IMG/VR virus record: IMGVR_UViG_3300033072_000303
Coordinates: 1-64,000 of that record
From: a virus
Taxonomy: Duplodnaviria; Heunggongvirae; Uroviricota; Caudoviricetes
DNA length: 64,000 nucleotides
Reading direction: 5' to 3' (one strand)
The notes beneath the pieces are model-generated. The model had not been told where the DNA came from. It searched no databases and saw only the letters and a program-made list of their open reading frames with translations. The position numbers were made by a program, and so were the translations under genes. Within the stretch, counting starts at the first letter, position 1. Every line of letters begins with the position of its first letter. This document shows, in pieces, positions 47,624 to 56,073 of the stretch.

Positions 47624-48442
47624 ATGGAAAATATGTCAAGAGAAGAATTAATAGCGTTATTTGGTTTAGAGGCTGGTGAAGAGATGTACAAACAACAAAC
47701 TGCTGCTAATGTTACAGGTGGTTCTAGAGAGCCTTTCCCATTACTTAAAAAAGTAGTAGATGGTGATTTAGGGTTAGGTAAATTTGGAACGTTTGTATTC
47801 GGTACAGAGTTTGAGAAAGATAGAGATGCAAATGGTGATAAAGTTATTTCTAACTTTGGAACAAACGTAGGTGACTCGTTTAGATTTATCATCCTTAATG
47901 TGTCATATAGATTCAAAAGATGGGTTGAAGGTGCTGGTAAAGATAAAAAAGGTAAAAATGAGTTCTCTAATATCTTCACAGATATGAATGGGTTTAAAAC
48001 AGCAGTTGACTATAATGGTAATCCAATTCCTGATAATAAACAAGCAAGAGATGCTTTAGGTTGGAGAACAGTTAAAATTATGGGTGGTTTAGTAGAAGTA
48101 AGTGGTGAATGGAAACCAGTTATATTTGAAGTAGATGGTAAAATGTACTTCACAGTAAATGAGTTATTAGACAAAGCACCTAACAAAGGTGTTATCGGTT
48201 GTATTTGTAACTTTGCGACTAAAACTGAAAAACAAGGTTCAACTAAGTTTACAGTTATTGATGTAGAGAAATCATCTTGGACTACAGACGGTATTCAAGA
48301 TATCTTAAGAGATAATAAAGAAACTGTTACAGATATGGCTATTAAGATGAAAGCTTATCAAGCAGATAATGACTACAAAAATAAAGCTAAAAATACTACG
48401 CCAGTTAATAAAAGCGTAGAGTCAGACGACACGAACTGGTAA
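47624..48442 (+). CDS. Hypothetical protein (272 aa) between sbcC and sbcD
   Basis: RBS AAGGAAACACA upstream. Globular and Gly-rich. No motif assigned. Confidence 0.5.
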   Translation: MENMSREELIALFGLEAGEEMYKQQTAANVTGGSREPFPLLKKVVDGDLGLGKFGTFVFGTEFEKDRDANGDKVISNFGTNVGDSFRFIILNVSYRFKRWVEGAGKDKKGKNEFSNIFTDMNGFKTAVDYNGNPIPDNKQARDALGWRTVKIMGGLVEVSGEWKPVIFEVDGKMYFTVNELLDKAPNKGVIGCICNFATKTEKQGSTKFTVIDVEKSSWTTDGIQDILRDNKETVTDMAIKMKAYQADNDYKNKAKNTTPVNKSVESDDTNW

Positions 48443-48447
48443 TAAAT

Positions 48448-49407
48448 ATGAACATCGCAATAGTAGGTGATGTTCATCTTTCTCTTAGAAAGTATAAGGA
48501 GTTTGAAGAAAATCGCTTCAAGCTCCTTATAGATGAGCTAATAAATAAAAAACCAAATATTGTTGTATTTGCAGGAGACTTGCTAGATAAACCTAACCCA
48601 ACTTTAGAAGAGCAACAATTGTTACTGTACGCTATACATAGACTAAGAGCACGTAACATAACCGTTAAAATCATTTCAGGAAATCATGAAGCAGTGACTG
48701 GTACTACTAGCACATATGATTTTATATTTCCGTATGATAATACCTACGTTAATAAATGCAGACTGTATAACTTAAAAAGTACAACACCAGACCTAGGTAT
48801 AGTACTAAATGGTTGGACGACAGTAAAAGTATCTAATCACGAAAAGACTGACGATATACTTATTACACATCTTAGAGCAAACCACGGACTGATTAAAGAA
48901 GAGTTTAACATAAAAGAGTTAAGCGAAAAATATAGTCAGGTATTCATGGGAGACTTACACTTTAGGTACAGTCCATATGATAATGTACATTACACGTCAT
49001 CCCCTTATAGTACTAAGTTTACAGATAAGCCTCTGTCAGATTACGGGTATATTATGTTAGATACTGTAACTAAAAATTGGATGTATATTGATTTACAGTT
49101 ACCGTGTAAAGTAAAGATAGCCAGTAAAGCAAAGGACGTTGAAAAGGTTATTAAAGGTTTAGATAAACACTTAATTAAAGTAGAAGTATCAGGTACTTTA
49201 GAGGAACTTAAAACATTAAAAGAATATACTAATGTAATATACGTTAAAGAAGTACTAGATATAAGCACTATATCAGTTAAAAGCGTTAAATCTAACACAC
49301 TGGATTCACTAGAAGATTATATAGAAGAGTCTGGGTTTAGTAAAAAGTATCCTAATAGCGAAGAAAAAGTAAAAGATATATTAAATAATCTTAAAGGTAA
49401 ATTATGA
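48448..49407 (+). CDS. sbcD: SbcD/Mre11-like nuclease (T4 gp47-like)
   Basis: Phosphoesterase motifs are IVGDVH, FAGDLLD, GNHE and THLRANHG. Confidence 0.7.
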   Translation: MNIAIVGDVHLSLRKYKEFEENRFKLLIDELINKKPNIVVFAGDLLDKPNPTLEEQQLLLYAIHRLRARNITVKIISGNHEAVTGTTSTYDFIFPYDNTYVNKCRLYNLKSTTPDLGIVLNGWTTVKVSNHEKTDDILITHLRANHGLIKEEFNIKELSEKYSQVFMGDLHFRYSPYDNVHYTSSPYSTKFTDKPLSDYGYIMLDTVTKNWMYIDLQLPCKVKIASKAKDVEKVIKGLDKHLIKVEVSGTLEELKTLKEYTNVIYVKEVLDISTISVKSVKSNTLDSLEDYIEESGFSKKYPNSEEKVKDILNNLKGKL

Positions 49408-49610
49408 ATGAAATAATAAAAAAGATGTACAATGTGCAAGACCTATTTAAAGTACCCATTAATGTACTACAAGCAATAGAAGATGCAGACGAACTTTGTA
49501 GAAGAGCTGGTGGTCAACTAGTATCTAGGCAGGTTATAGCAGCTATAATAGTAGAGCATGACACTCTTAAAACATATGACAAAGAGTCAAAGTACTACAT
49601 AGGAGCTTAA
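49404..49610 (+). CDS. Hypothetical small protein
   Basis: 68 aa. ATGA coupling. Confidence 0.35.
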   Translation: MNEIIKKMYNVQDLFKVPINVLQAIEDADELCRRAGGQLVSRQVIAAIIVEHDTLKTYDKESKYYIGA

Positions 49611-49611
49611 T

Positions 49612-50163
49612 ATGAGGTTATCAGAAACATTATTAACAGGTTATGGTATATCCCCAAAAACTGTTAGACCAACACAGTTACTAGATATCATTGATGGATT
49701 ACTATTATATAGCGATATAAGTAGAGTTACGAGTAATATAAAAAAGCTATCTAATTTAGATTATACAGGTGATACAAGTAGTTTAAACGCAGTAGCTAAA
49801 AGTATTGTATTAGTAAAGTTACTTAGTAAACCAAAAGCAACTAAACTATATTCGAAGTTACTACTTAACATCATGCTAGGTACTAGCACAGAGTTATCTA
49901 AAGAGGACGTATTAGACGCGTTAGGCGGTATTACTAATGTAAACGCTCAATATAAAGCTTTAGCAAAAACAGTAGAACAAATTAATGAAGTACTTGAAGA
50001 TACGATTATATTGTACTCACAGTATTCTGATGTAGTACGCTTTATAATATTAAAAGGTAGTACTAGCGAAGAACTCAAAACTAGCTTAATGAACTCTGGG
50101 TACCAATCACCAGCTTTATTAGACAAGTTACATATAACTCTGTTAGTAAAAGGTTTAGAGTGA
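49612..50163 (+). CDS. Hypothetical protein
   Basis: 183-aa ORF. Confidence 0.45.
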   Translation: MRLSETLLTGYGISPKTVRPTQLLDIIDGLLLYSDISRVTSNIKKLSNLDYTGDTSSLNAVAKSIVLVKLLSKPKATKLYSKLLLNIMLGTSTELSKEDVLDALGGITNVNAQYKALAKTVEQINEVLEDTIILYSQYSDVVRFIILKGSTSEELKTSLMNSGYQSPALLDKLHITLLVKGLE

Positions 50164-50648
50164 GTAATCCAAAAATACCACATAAGCCTTGGGTGCAATT
50201 AGAGACAAAAGACATATCACAACTTAGAGATAAACTTTTAAAAGAGCAATTAAATAAGTGTGGAATATGTGGTACAACCGATGGCATTGTGTGGACATTA
50301 GACCATAGTCACAAGAAAGGTTTTGGAGGTACAGGACTAATACGTGGTGTTCTTTGTAGAAGTTGTAACTCAGTAGAAGGAAAGATTGTAAGAGCCTTAA
50401 AAAGGTTCGGTGTTAAGATACATAATATGTCGGATTGGTTAAGAAATCTAGCAGACTGGTTAGATAAACCTCATTACCCATACATCCACCCTACTGAGAA
50501 AGAAGTTATAAAGATAACTAAAACAGACTTTAAGGCATTAATGAAAAAGTACCTAGAAAAGTATCCTAAGAAAGTAGCTCTTAAGTACCCTGTTGGCGGT
50601 AAAGCTAATACTAGACTACAAGAAATAATAAAGGAGTTTAATGATTAA
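50160..50648 (+). CDS. Endonuclease VII-like Holliday junction resolvase (HNH-type)
   Basis: CGICG..WTLDHSH..GLIRGVLCRSCN matches the T4 endo VII zinc/HNH core. It has a GTG start. Confidence 0.6.
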   Translation: MSNPKIPHKPWVQLETKDISQLRDKLLKEQLNKCGICGTTDGIVWTLDHSHKKGFGGTGLIRGVLCRSCNSVEGKIVRALKRFGVKIHNMSDWLRNLADWLDKPHYPYIHPTEKEVIKITKTDFKALMKKYLEKYPKKVALKYPVGGKANTRLQEIIKEFND

Positions 50649-51039
50649 AATATATAAATCAAAACCAATACGCGATAAAGACCTTAAGACATTAGACGAA
50701 GTAAAAATATTTGTTAGACCTACGGAGTTATGGTATGGGTATGAGATTAAATTAGATGACGTAAAAGAACGTTTAAGATTTGGCGAAGCGGAGATACAAG
50801 TTGATGATATTAAGTTACAAACCAATATAATATACTATGATGATATTATACTAGGTAGTACTCATTGCTCTATTAACGAACTAATTACGGCTTGTAAAGG
50901 AACTAAGTACTCTATTCCCCCAGTAGAGATTACTAGAATGGGTTATATAGACGAAGTACACAGAAGAAAGTATATTAGCACACCAATAAATGGTTATTGG
51001 GACTATAGTTTAGCACCAATTATAATGATAAAGATTTAA
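50641..51039 (+). CDS. Hypothetical protein
   Basis: 132 aa. Confidence 0.45.
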   Translation: MIKIYKSKPIRDKDLKTLDEVKIFVRPTELWYGYEIKLDDVKERLRFGEAEIQVDDIKLQTNIIYYDDIILGSTHCSINELITACKGTKYSIPPVEITRMGYIDEVHRRKYISTPINGYWDYSLAPIIMIKI

Positions 51040-51047
51040 GGACAAAG

Positions 51048-52322
51048 ATGAACAAGTTACAAAAGTTAATAAAAAGTTTAGAAGAAAATTATAAAGTTGA
51101 TATAGCAGAAATAGTAGACTTATATGAGCAGGCTTGGTCAGTAGCAGCTATAGCTGAAAACCAGGATGTTACACCATATGTTATTAGTAATATACTCAAA
51201 CACTTACAGTTAAAAAGACCAAAGAATAAAAGAGACATATGTGTAAAAGAACATTATGCTATGTTAAATGAAGAGTCTTTAGATGAGTACACTGAAGAGC
51301 TTGAAGATGAAAATGAAGTATTATTTAATAAGGTAAATAAGCTTGAAACAACACTAATAAAAACAAAGGCTGAACTGAACGCTAAGCGTAAAGCACAACG
51401 AGAAGCTATCAAATCGGAAATAATTACCGAAAAACTGTTAGATGCTTTAGATAAAAGTTTAAAAACTAAAACAATTAATAAAATTAATGTTAAGCTTAAC
51501 AAAACTTCAGAAATAGAGACAGACGAAGGATTAGTAATAGTATTATCTGACCAGCATATAGGTGAAGTAGTAGGACCAGATATTGTACAGAATACATACA
51601 ATTACAATGAGGCAATAAAAAGATTAGATAAATTTATAGGTAATGTATTAATGTTCCCTAGGCAATCTAGAAAAATTACTGTAGTACAATGTGGAGATAT
51701 GCTAAAAGGACTGATTCACGGTGGTTTGTATACATCAGAGGAGTCGTTTATTGAAAGTATAAATAAAGCTGTAGATTATAACGTATATTTATATAATATC
51801 TTAGCAGAAGTATATGATGAAGTTAATATATATTCTATTACTGGGAATCACGATAGAGTGACAGAAAACCCAAAAGTAGAAAGTAAAGCACTAGATTTTA
51901 CTAGATTAGTTGATTCTATGGTGTCAAGACAGTTAAGAGCATTAAAAGTAAATAATGTAAACTTATACGTTACACCTACTCCGTATCATTTAGTAGAAAT
52001 TAATACAGCAAACGTATTGATGTTTCACGGTGATACTGTAAGAAAGTATAACGCCGCTGATGCAGGACAAAGAGGATTGTTACAAGATTTATGTTTAGGT
52101 ACGTTTAAGAAACCATACACACACGCTATATCTGGTCACTCGCATAGTTTTGTTGCTTGTCATAACCAGTATGGTGGAATGAATATAGTTAACGGTACTT
52201 TAGTAGGTAGTAATGCTTTTGGAGTAGCAAATGGTATGAGAGACATCTGTGCTTCTCAAACAATCTGCTATATAGATACAGATGGAAATCTAGAGCTAGT
52301 TCAAGCTGTAAAGCTTAACTAG
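51048..52322 (+). CDS. Metallophosphoesterase with N-terminal coiled-coil domain
   Basis: Motifs LSDQHIG, CGDMLKG, TGNHDR, MFHGD and SGHSHS. Confidence 0.55.
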   Translation: MNKLQKLIKSLEENYKVDIAEIVDLYEQAWSVAAIAENQDVTPYVISNILKHLQLKRPKNKRDICVKEHYAMLNEESLDEYTEELEDENEVLFNKVNKLETTLIKTKAELNAKRKAQREAIKSEIITEKLLDALDKSLKTKTINKINVKLNKTSEIETDEGLVIVLSDQHIGEVVGPDIVQNTYNYNEAIKRLDKFIGNVLMFPRQSRKITVVQCGDMLKGLIHGGLYTSEESFIESINKAVDYNVYLYNILAEVYDEVNIYSITGNHDRVTENPKVESKALDFTRLVDSMVSRQLRALKVNNVNLYVTPTPYHLVEINTANVLMFHGDTVRKYNAADAGQRGLLQDLCLGTFKKPYTHAISGHSHSFVACHNQYGGMNIVNGTLVGSNAFGVANGMRDICASQTICYIDTDGNLELVQAVKLN

Positions 52323-52330
52323 TATAAATA

Positions 52331-52365
52331 ATCCCGTATTATGTCAAAGTGCGGGATGATTTTAA
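52331..52365. terminator. Hairpin at the convergent gene junction (possible bidirectional terminator)
   Basis: ATCCCGTA / TGCGGGAT stem with one G-U pair, followed by GATTTT on the + strand and preceded by an A/T run read from the - strand. Confidence 0.4.
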
Positions 52366-52379
52366 CAAAAACGCTATAT

Positions 52380-52510
52380 ATAAGAGTAGCGAATCGGAAG
52401 ATGAAGCTATACTATATAGCTATAGATTAGATAGTTAATAACTAGTTACTATATAGTTATTAGATATAGTATAGATACTTACTATTATAGAGTATAGACT
52501 AGATAGTACA
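52380..52510. repeat. Iterated TATAG/CTATA-rich region with palindromes at the strand-switch point
   Basis: At least 12 TATAG/CTATA pentamers lie within about 130 nt. The perfect palindrome TAACTAGTTA sits inside ATAACTAGTTACTAT. No ORF is present. Confidence 0.45.
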
Positions 52511-52529
52511 GGCGATTCTTAAAGTTAGC

Positions 52530-52994
52530 TTAAAAGGTTTCTGTAAACTTATTATATATTTTTAATAACTTACAAAAGTCTTTTTTCTTATCCATCATAA
52601 TACAAAATTCAGCGAACTCAGAATACAAGTGTAAAAATAAACACTTAGTATCAGAATCATTGATTCTTGACACCGTAGCGTTTAGTAGTAAGCCGTTTGA
52701 CTCTAACCCTAACACTCTATCTAGTTTATCAATTAACTTCCTCTTACCGTTCGCTACAGAGAACACAAACATTAGCTCAGCTAATTCTTGAGATACTATT
52801 TCATCACATTTTAGTTTAGACCAAAAGAATATATTATAAAAATCATCAACCAGTTCTTCATCAGGTATTTCACCTGAGTCAATAACCCTCCAACCTTCCC
52901 ACTTAGGAAAGAACTTACGATTAATCCCACAGTACTCTATAGTAGAGTAAGGTGGTTGTTTTAAGTGTTGTACAGCTTTAGCAAAGATAGCCAT
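52530..52994 (-). CDS. Hypothetical protein (lysis-cassette neighbour)
   Basis: 154 aa, directly downstream of the M15 peptidase gene on the - strand. Confidence 0.45.
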   Translation of the reverse strand: MAIFAKAVQHLKQPPYSTIEYCGINRKFFPKWEGWRVIDSGEIPDEELVDDFYNIFFWSKLKCDEIVSQELAELMFVFSVANGKRKLIDKLDRVLGLESNGLLLNATVSRINDSDTKCLFLHLYSEFAEFCIMMDKKKDFCKLLKIYNKFTETF

Positions 52995-52996
52995 AA

Positions 52997-53392
52997 TTAT
53001 CCTTTTAGTTCAAAGTGAGGCATATCGACAAAAGTTTTCCAATCACCTCCCCAAGTAATATCAATACCTAATCTAGTAGCAATAGCTTTAAACTCTTTTG
53101 CTAGTTTATGAAAAAGTTCTTTACTATTTTGACTTCCGTCAAACGGATTTACACCAGCTTTGTACGGAATAATATCAATAGCTAAACTAGGCGAGTAATT
53201 ATGTTTACCTTTTTTAGTAACGCCGTCAAGCTTACTAAAACCTTTATTAAATAATTCTTGTTGTCTAGCTAAGCTTCTATGTCCTTCAATTACAGTAAAG
53301 TCGACTACCTTAATCAGCTCATTACATATCTTTACCAGCCTTTGGTCTACATTAGATAAATTATCTAAACTTCTTTTACTAAAACTATACAT
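52997..53392 (-). CDS. Peptidase M15 (L-alanyl-D-glutamate / VanY-like) endolysin
   Basis: Zn-ligand pattern EGHRSLARQ ... AIDI ... DMPHFEL (H..D..H). 131 aa. Confidence 0.6.
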   Translation of the reverse strand: MYSFSKRSLDNLSNVDQRLVKICNELIKVVDFTVIEGHRSLARQQELFNKGFSKLDGVTKKGKHNYSPSLAIDIIPYKAGVNPFDGSQNSKELFHKLAKEFKAIATRLGIDITWGGDWKTFVDMPHFELKG

Positions 53393-53404
53393 TTTTATAT
53401 CCTT

Positions 53405-53818
53405 TTATTTTTTACTTAATAACCATCTTAAACCAAACGTTGCAGCTACTATACCTGAAATCATCAACATATACCAATCAGGTGTTTGTTGTAGTACTGC
53501 AAAACCTTGTAAAACAGTCTCCTGTGTTTTAGGGAAAAATGCAAGTATCAAAGGAATACTAAATAGTACTAAAAGATACTCATCTTTCCAACTTGTAGAC
53601 ATAGCTATCTGAGCCCTAGAGTCCCAGTCAGCTTCAGTTTGAATTCCTTGCTTAGCTAACTCGGAAGCTATATCCATCTTCTTTAAATTCAGTTCATGTT
53701 GTCTATCAAGAATTTTACCTTCAAGCTCAATCTCGATAGTCTTTCTTTGTTGATAACCTTTAACAACTTCTGTAATAGGGTTAACAATTACACCAAAAAT
53801 ACTTTCAAACCATCCCAT
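53405..53818 (-). CDS. Membrane protein, possible holin or spanin component
   Basis: Two C-terminal hydrophobic helices (LLVLFSIPLILAFF, MLMISGIVAATFGL). It lies next to the endolysin. Confidence 0.4.
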   Translation of the reverse strand: MGWFESIFGVIVNPITEVVKGYQQRKTIEIELEGKILDRQHELNLKKMDIASELAKQGIQTEADWDSRAQIAMSTSWKDEYLLVLFSIPLILAFFPKTQETVLQGFAVLQQTPDWYMLMISGIVAATFGLRWLLSKK

Positions 53819-53839
53819 AACTTATCCTTTATAGATAAT

Positions 53840-54034
53840 TTAGCAGCAGTACCTGTACGAATTAACACAACGTATTAACTTTTCCTCTTCGTCTCCGCTA
53901 AGCTTTAAACCCTTGACTATTTTGAGAGCACCAAGAAAATCTTTATTCCTAATACTCTCATCTAGTAAGTTACTGTTCTCTTCGCTAACACCAAGTAACT
54001 TACAACAAAACCCAGTAAGGGTTACTTTATCCAT
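53840..54034 (-). CDS. Hypothetical small protein
   Basis: 64 aa. Confidence 0.3.
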   Translation of the reverse strand: MDKVTLTGFCCKLLGVSEENSNLLDESIRNKDFLGALKIVKGLKLSGDEEEKLIRCVNSYRYCC

Positions 54035-54231
54035 AACCCTGCACCACTAATAACTAAAGCTAGTAAAGTAGGTATACCAGCAGTGAAGAAAGACTGCTTA
54101 ACTCTGCCTTCTACTACGTGAATCCTAATCTCAGTTACCATTTTACTCATCTCAGACATATCTCTCATGAGTGTACTAACAGCTTCCTCTAGCTTTCTTA
54201 TTCTATATTCTTCCATACTCTCTTGTGACAT
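54022..54231 (-). CDS. Small C-terminally anchored membrane protein
   Basis: 69 aa with a C-terminal TM helix (FFTAGIPTLLALVISGAGLWI). Confidence 0.35.
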   Translation of the reverse strand: MSQESMEEYRIRKLEEAVSTLMRDMSEMSKMVTEIRIHVVEGRVKQSFFTAGIPTLLALVISGAGLWIK

Positions 54232-54233
54232 GT

Positions 54234-54854
54234 CTATCCCTCAAACTTATATTTATCAAGCTCAGCTCTTAACTTCTGAACACAACTACTCTCAGCACAA
54301 TTATCTATAGCCTCTTTTAGCCCTAAATAATAATCCGTTACATCTCTACCAGTACCTACGGTTCCTAGTAACTTACCATCAGCATTATAAAAAGGCGCTT
54401 TATGTACTTCTAAATAAATATCTTTACCATTTACTTTACCATACTCCAAGAACTTCTCTTTATCAAGTTTAGCTAGTACTACAACGTCACTATTACCACA
54501 AATCTCACCAAATGTATGTTTATCATCTCCAACTAAAGCTTTACACATCTTAGATAACTCAATATCGTTTCTACCTAAAACAGCACTTTTATCCATACCA
54601 TAGAAAAGCACTCTTCTAATCTCTGGGTTAGCATAAATATAATTACCATCAGTATCTTTAGCCCACATTAAATCAGGAATAGTATTCCCAACAGCAATAA
54701 CTAAATTTTTATACTTATCTCTGTCCGCCCTTATAGTTCTAAGCTCATTATCTAATTTTCCTATTAATTCTCTATCATGGTTTAGCGTAGCGGATATTTC
54801 ATCTAGCTTACATAATAAGTCACCTTTAATAATCTTTTTAACCCACTCTACCAC
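54234..54854 (-). CDS. PAS-fold domain protein
   Basis: A PAS-like core reads WAKDTDGNYIYANPEIRRVLFYGMDKSAVLGRNDIEL. 206 aa. Confidence 0.4.
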   Translation of the reverse strand: MVEWVKKIIKGDLLCKLDEISATLNHDRELIGKLDNELRTIRADRDKYKNLVIAVGNTIPDLMWAKDTDGNYIYANPEIRRVLFYGMDKSAVLGRNDIELSKMCKALVGDDKHTFGEICGNSDVVVLAKLDKEKFLEYGKVNGKDIYLEVHKAPFYNADGKLLGTVGTGRDVTDYYLGLKEAIDNCAESSCVQKLRAELDKYKFEG

Positions 54855-55239
54855 GATACACCTCTTTAAATAAAAAACTCTTTAGTTTACCAACTAAAAG
54901 TTTAGTTTGTACTATAATCCAATTGTACTTTTTAAACTCTGTAACTATAAACATTTTATAATACAGTTCAGTTGTAACAACACGTTTAGTATTACAATCA
55001 ATAATGTCACCGTTTTTATACAATACACAATGACCATTTCCATTTAATTTGCAGTAATAGTAATCCCAATCGTTAAAATACTCTAGATGGTTTTTGAGGT
55101 ATATACAGTAAGATTCACAATCTCCGTATATAAAACCATCTTTATCAATACTTGGTAGTTCCCAAACTTCATTAAATCCAAATTTATCAATATCTTTTTT
55201 ATACCTATAAACTTTGTTAAACTCTTCTAATTTAACCAT
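54838..55239 (-). CDS. Hypothetical protein
   Basis: 133 aa. Confidence 0.4.
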   Translation of the reverse strand: MVKLEEFNKVYRYKKDIDKFGFNEVWELPSIDKDGFIYGDCESYCIYLKNHLEYFNDWDYYYCKLNGNGHCVLYKNGDIIDCNTKRVVTTELYYKMFIVTEFKKYNWIIVQTKLLVGKLKSFLFKEVYRGRVG

Positions 55240-55243
55240 CTTG

Positions 55244-55657
55244 TCAAACCTTTAATTCTTGGTTATTCTTAATAACTTTATACAAAGCATTAGGGCTAAC
55301 TTTTACACCTAAACCTAATGCTTCAGCACACCACTCAGAACAGTACCACTTTTTATTATCTTGTTTTTTAAGTGGTATAAACTCATTTAACAAAATACCT
55401 AATAAATCATATTTAGCTCCTTTAGTTTGATTAAACAAACTCAATGTCCTATCAATGTATTTAGAGGGTAGTTCAATAAAATCCCAATGTTCTGTGCTTG
55501 GATGAATCTTACGTCTAACAACACCACCATCATACCACGATGATGTATACCAATCATCCCCTATTACTAGCTCGCAATGACTATAATTACCAACTGTCCA
55601 AAACCTTATAAGTTTATCTGTCCAGTCACCTTCCGCTTTATAGAATGCGATTTTCAT
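55244..55657 (-). CDS. Hypothetical Cys/His-containing protein (possible papain-like hydrolase)
   Basis: The YSHCELV and WYCSEWCAEALG segments contain a candidate Cys/His pair. The assignment is weak. Confidence 0.35.
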   Translation of the reverse strand: MKIAFYKAEGDWTDKLIRFWTVGNYSHCELVIGDDWYTSSWYDGGVVRRKIHPSTEHWDFIELPSKYIDRTLSLFNQTKGAKYDLLGILLNEFIPLKKQDNKKWYCSEWCAEALGLGVKVSPNALYKVIKNNQELKV

Positions 55658-56055
55658 AATGTACTAGCTTCTATAAAAAGAGCGTCTATAGCTTCATCAG
55701 ATAAACCTAGTTCAGAGGCTAATCCTGATATTAGCGGACTATTTCTAAGAACCTCAGTTGCATACTCCCATTCTATCTTCCAAGCAGCGTTTTGCTCTAA
55801 CATATTATTGATAGTATCAAGTAAACCCAACTCTAAAAGTTTAAGTCTTATTTGTCTAGGTGTTACTGATACAACAGTAACATTAACCATTTTACTAAAA
55901 AACACTAATGCTTCATCAAAACTATCAAACCAATACCATCCATCTTGTGGATAAGTATAACTATCTTTATCCTCAGCCTTTAGTGTAACTACCGGAGAGA
56001 ACACGAAGTTCTCTCCTTTTAATATATCATTATCTGTTTTTTTATAAAATCCCAT
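55654..56055 (-). CDS. Hypothetical protein
   Basis: 133 aa. Confidence 0.4.
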   Translation of the reverse strand: MGFYKKTDNDILKGENFVFSPVVTLKAEDKDSYTYPQDGWYWFDSFDEALVFFSKMVNVTVVSVTPRQIRLKLLELGLLDTINNMLEQNAAWKIEWEYATEVLRNSPLISGLASELGLSDEAIDALFIEASTL

Positions 56056-56073
56056 ATTATCTCCTTTATTTCA

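Noticed and set aside
47542-47979. 145-aa - strand ORF overlapping the promoter region and start of the gene at 47624
   Set aside because: It is antisense to a well-supported + strand gene, and no expression signals were found.
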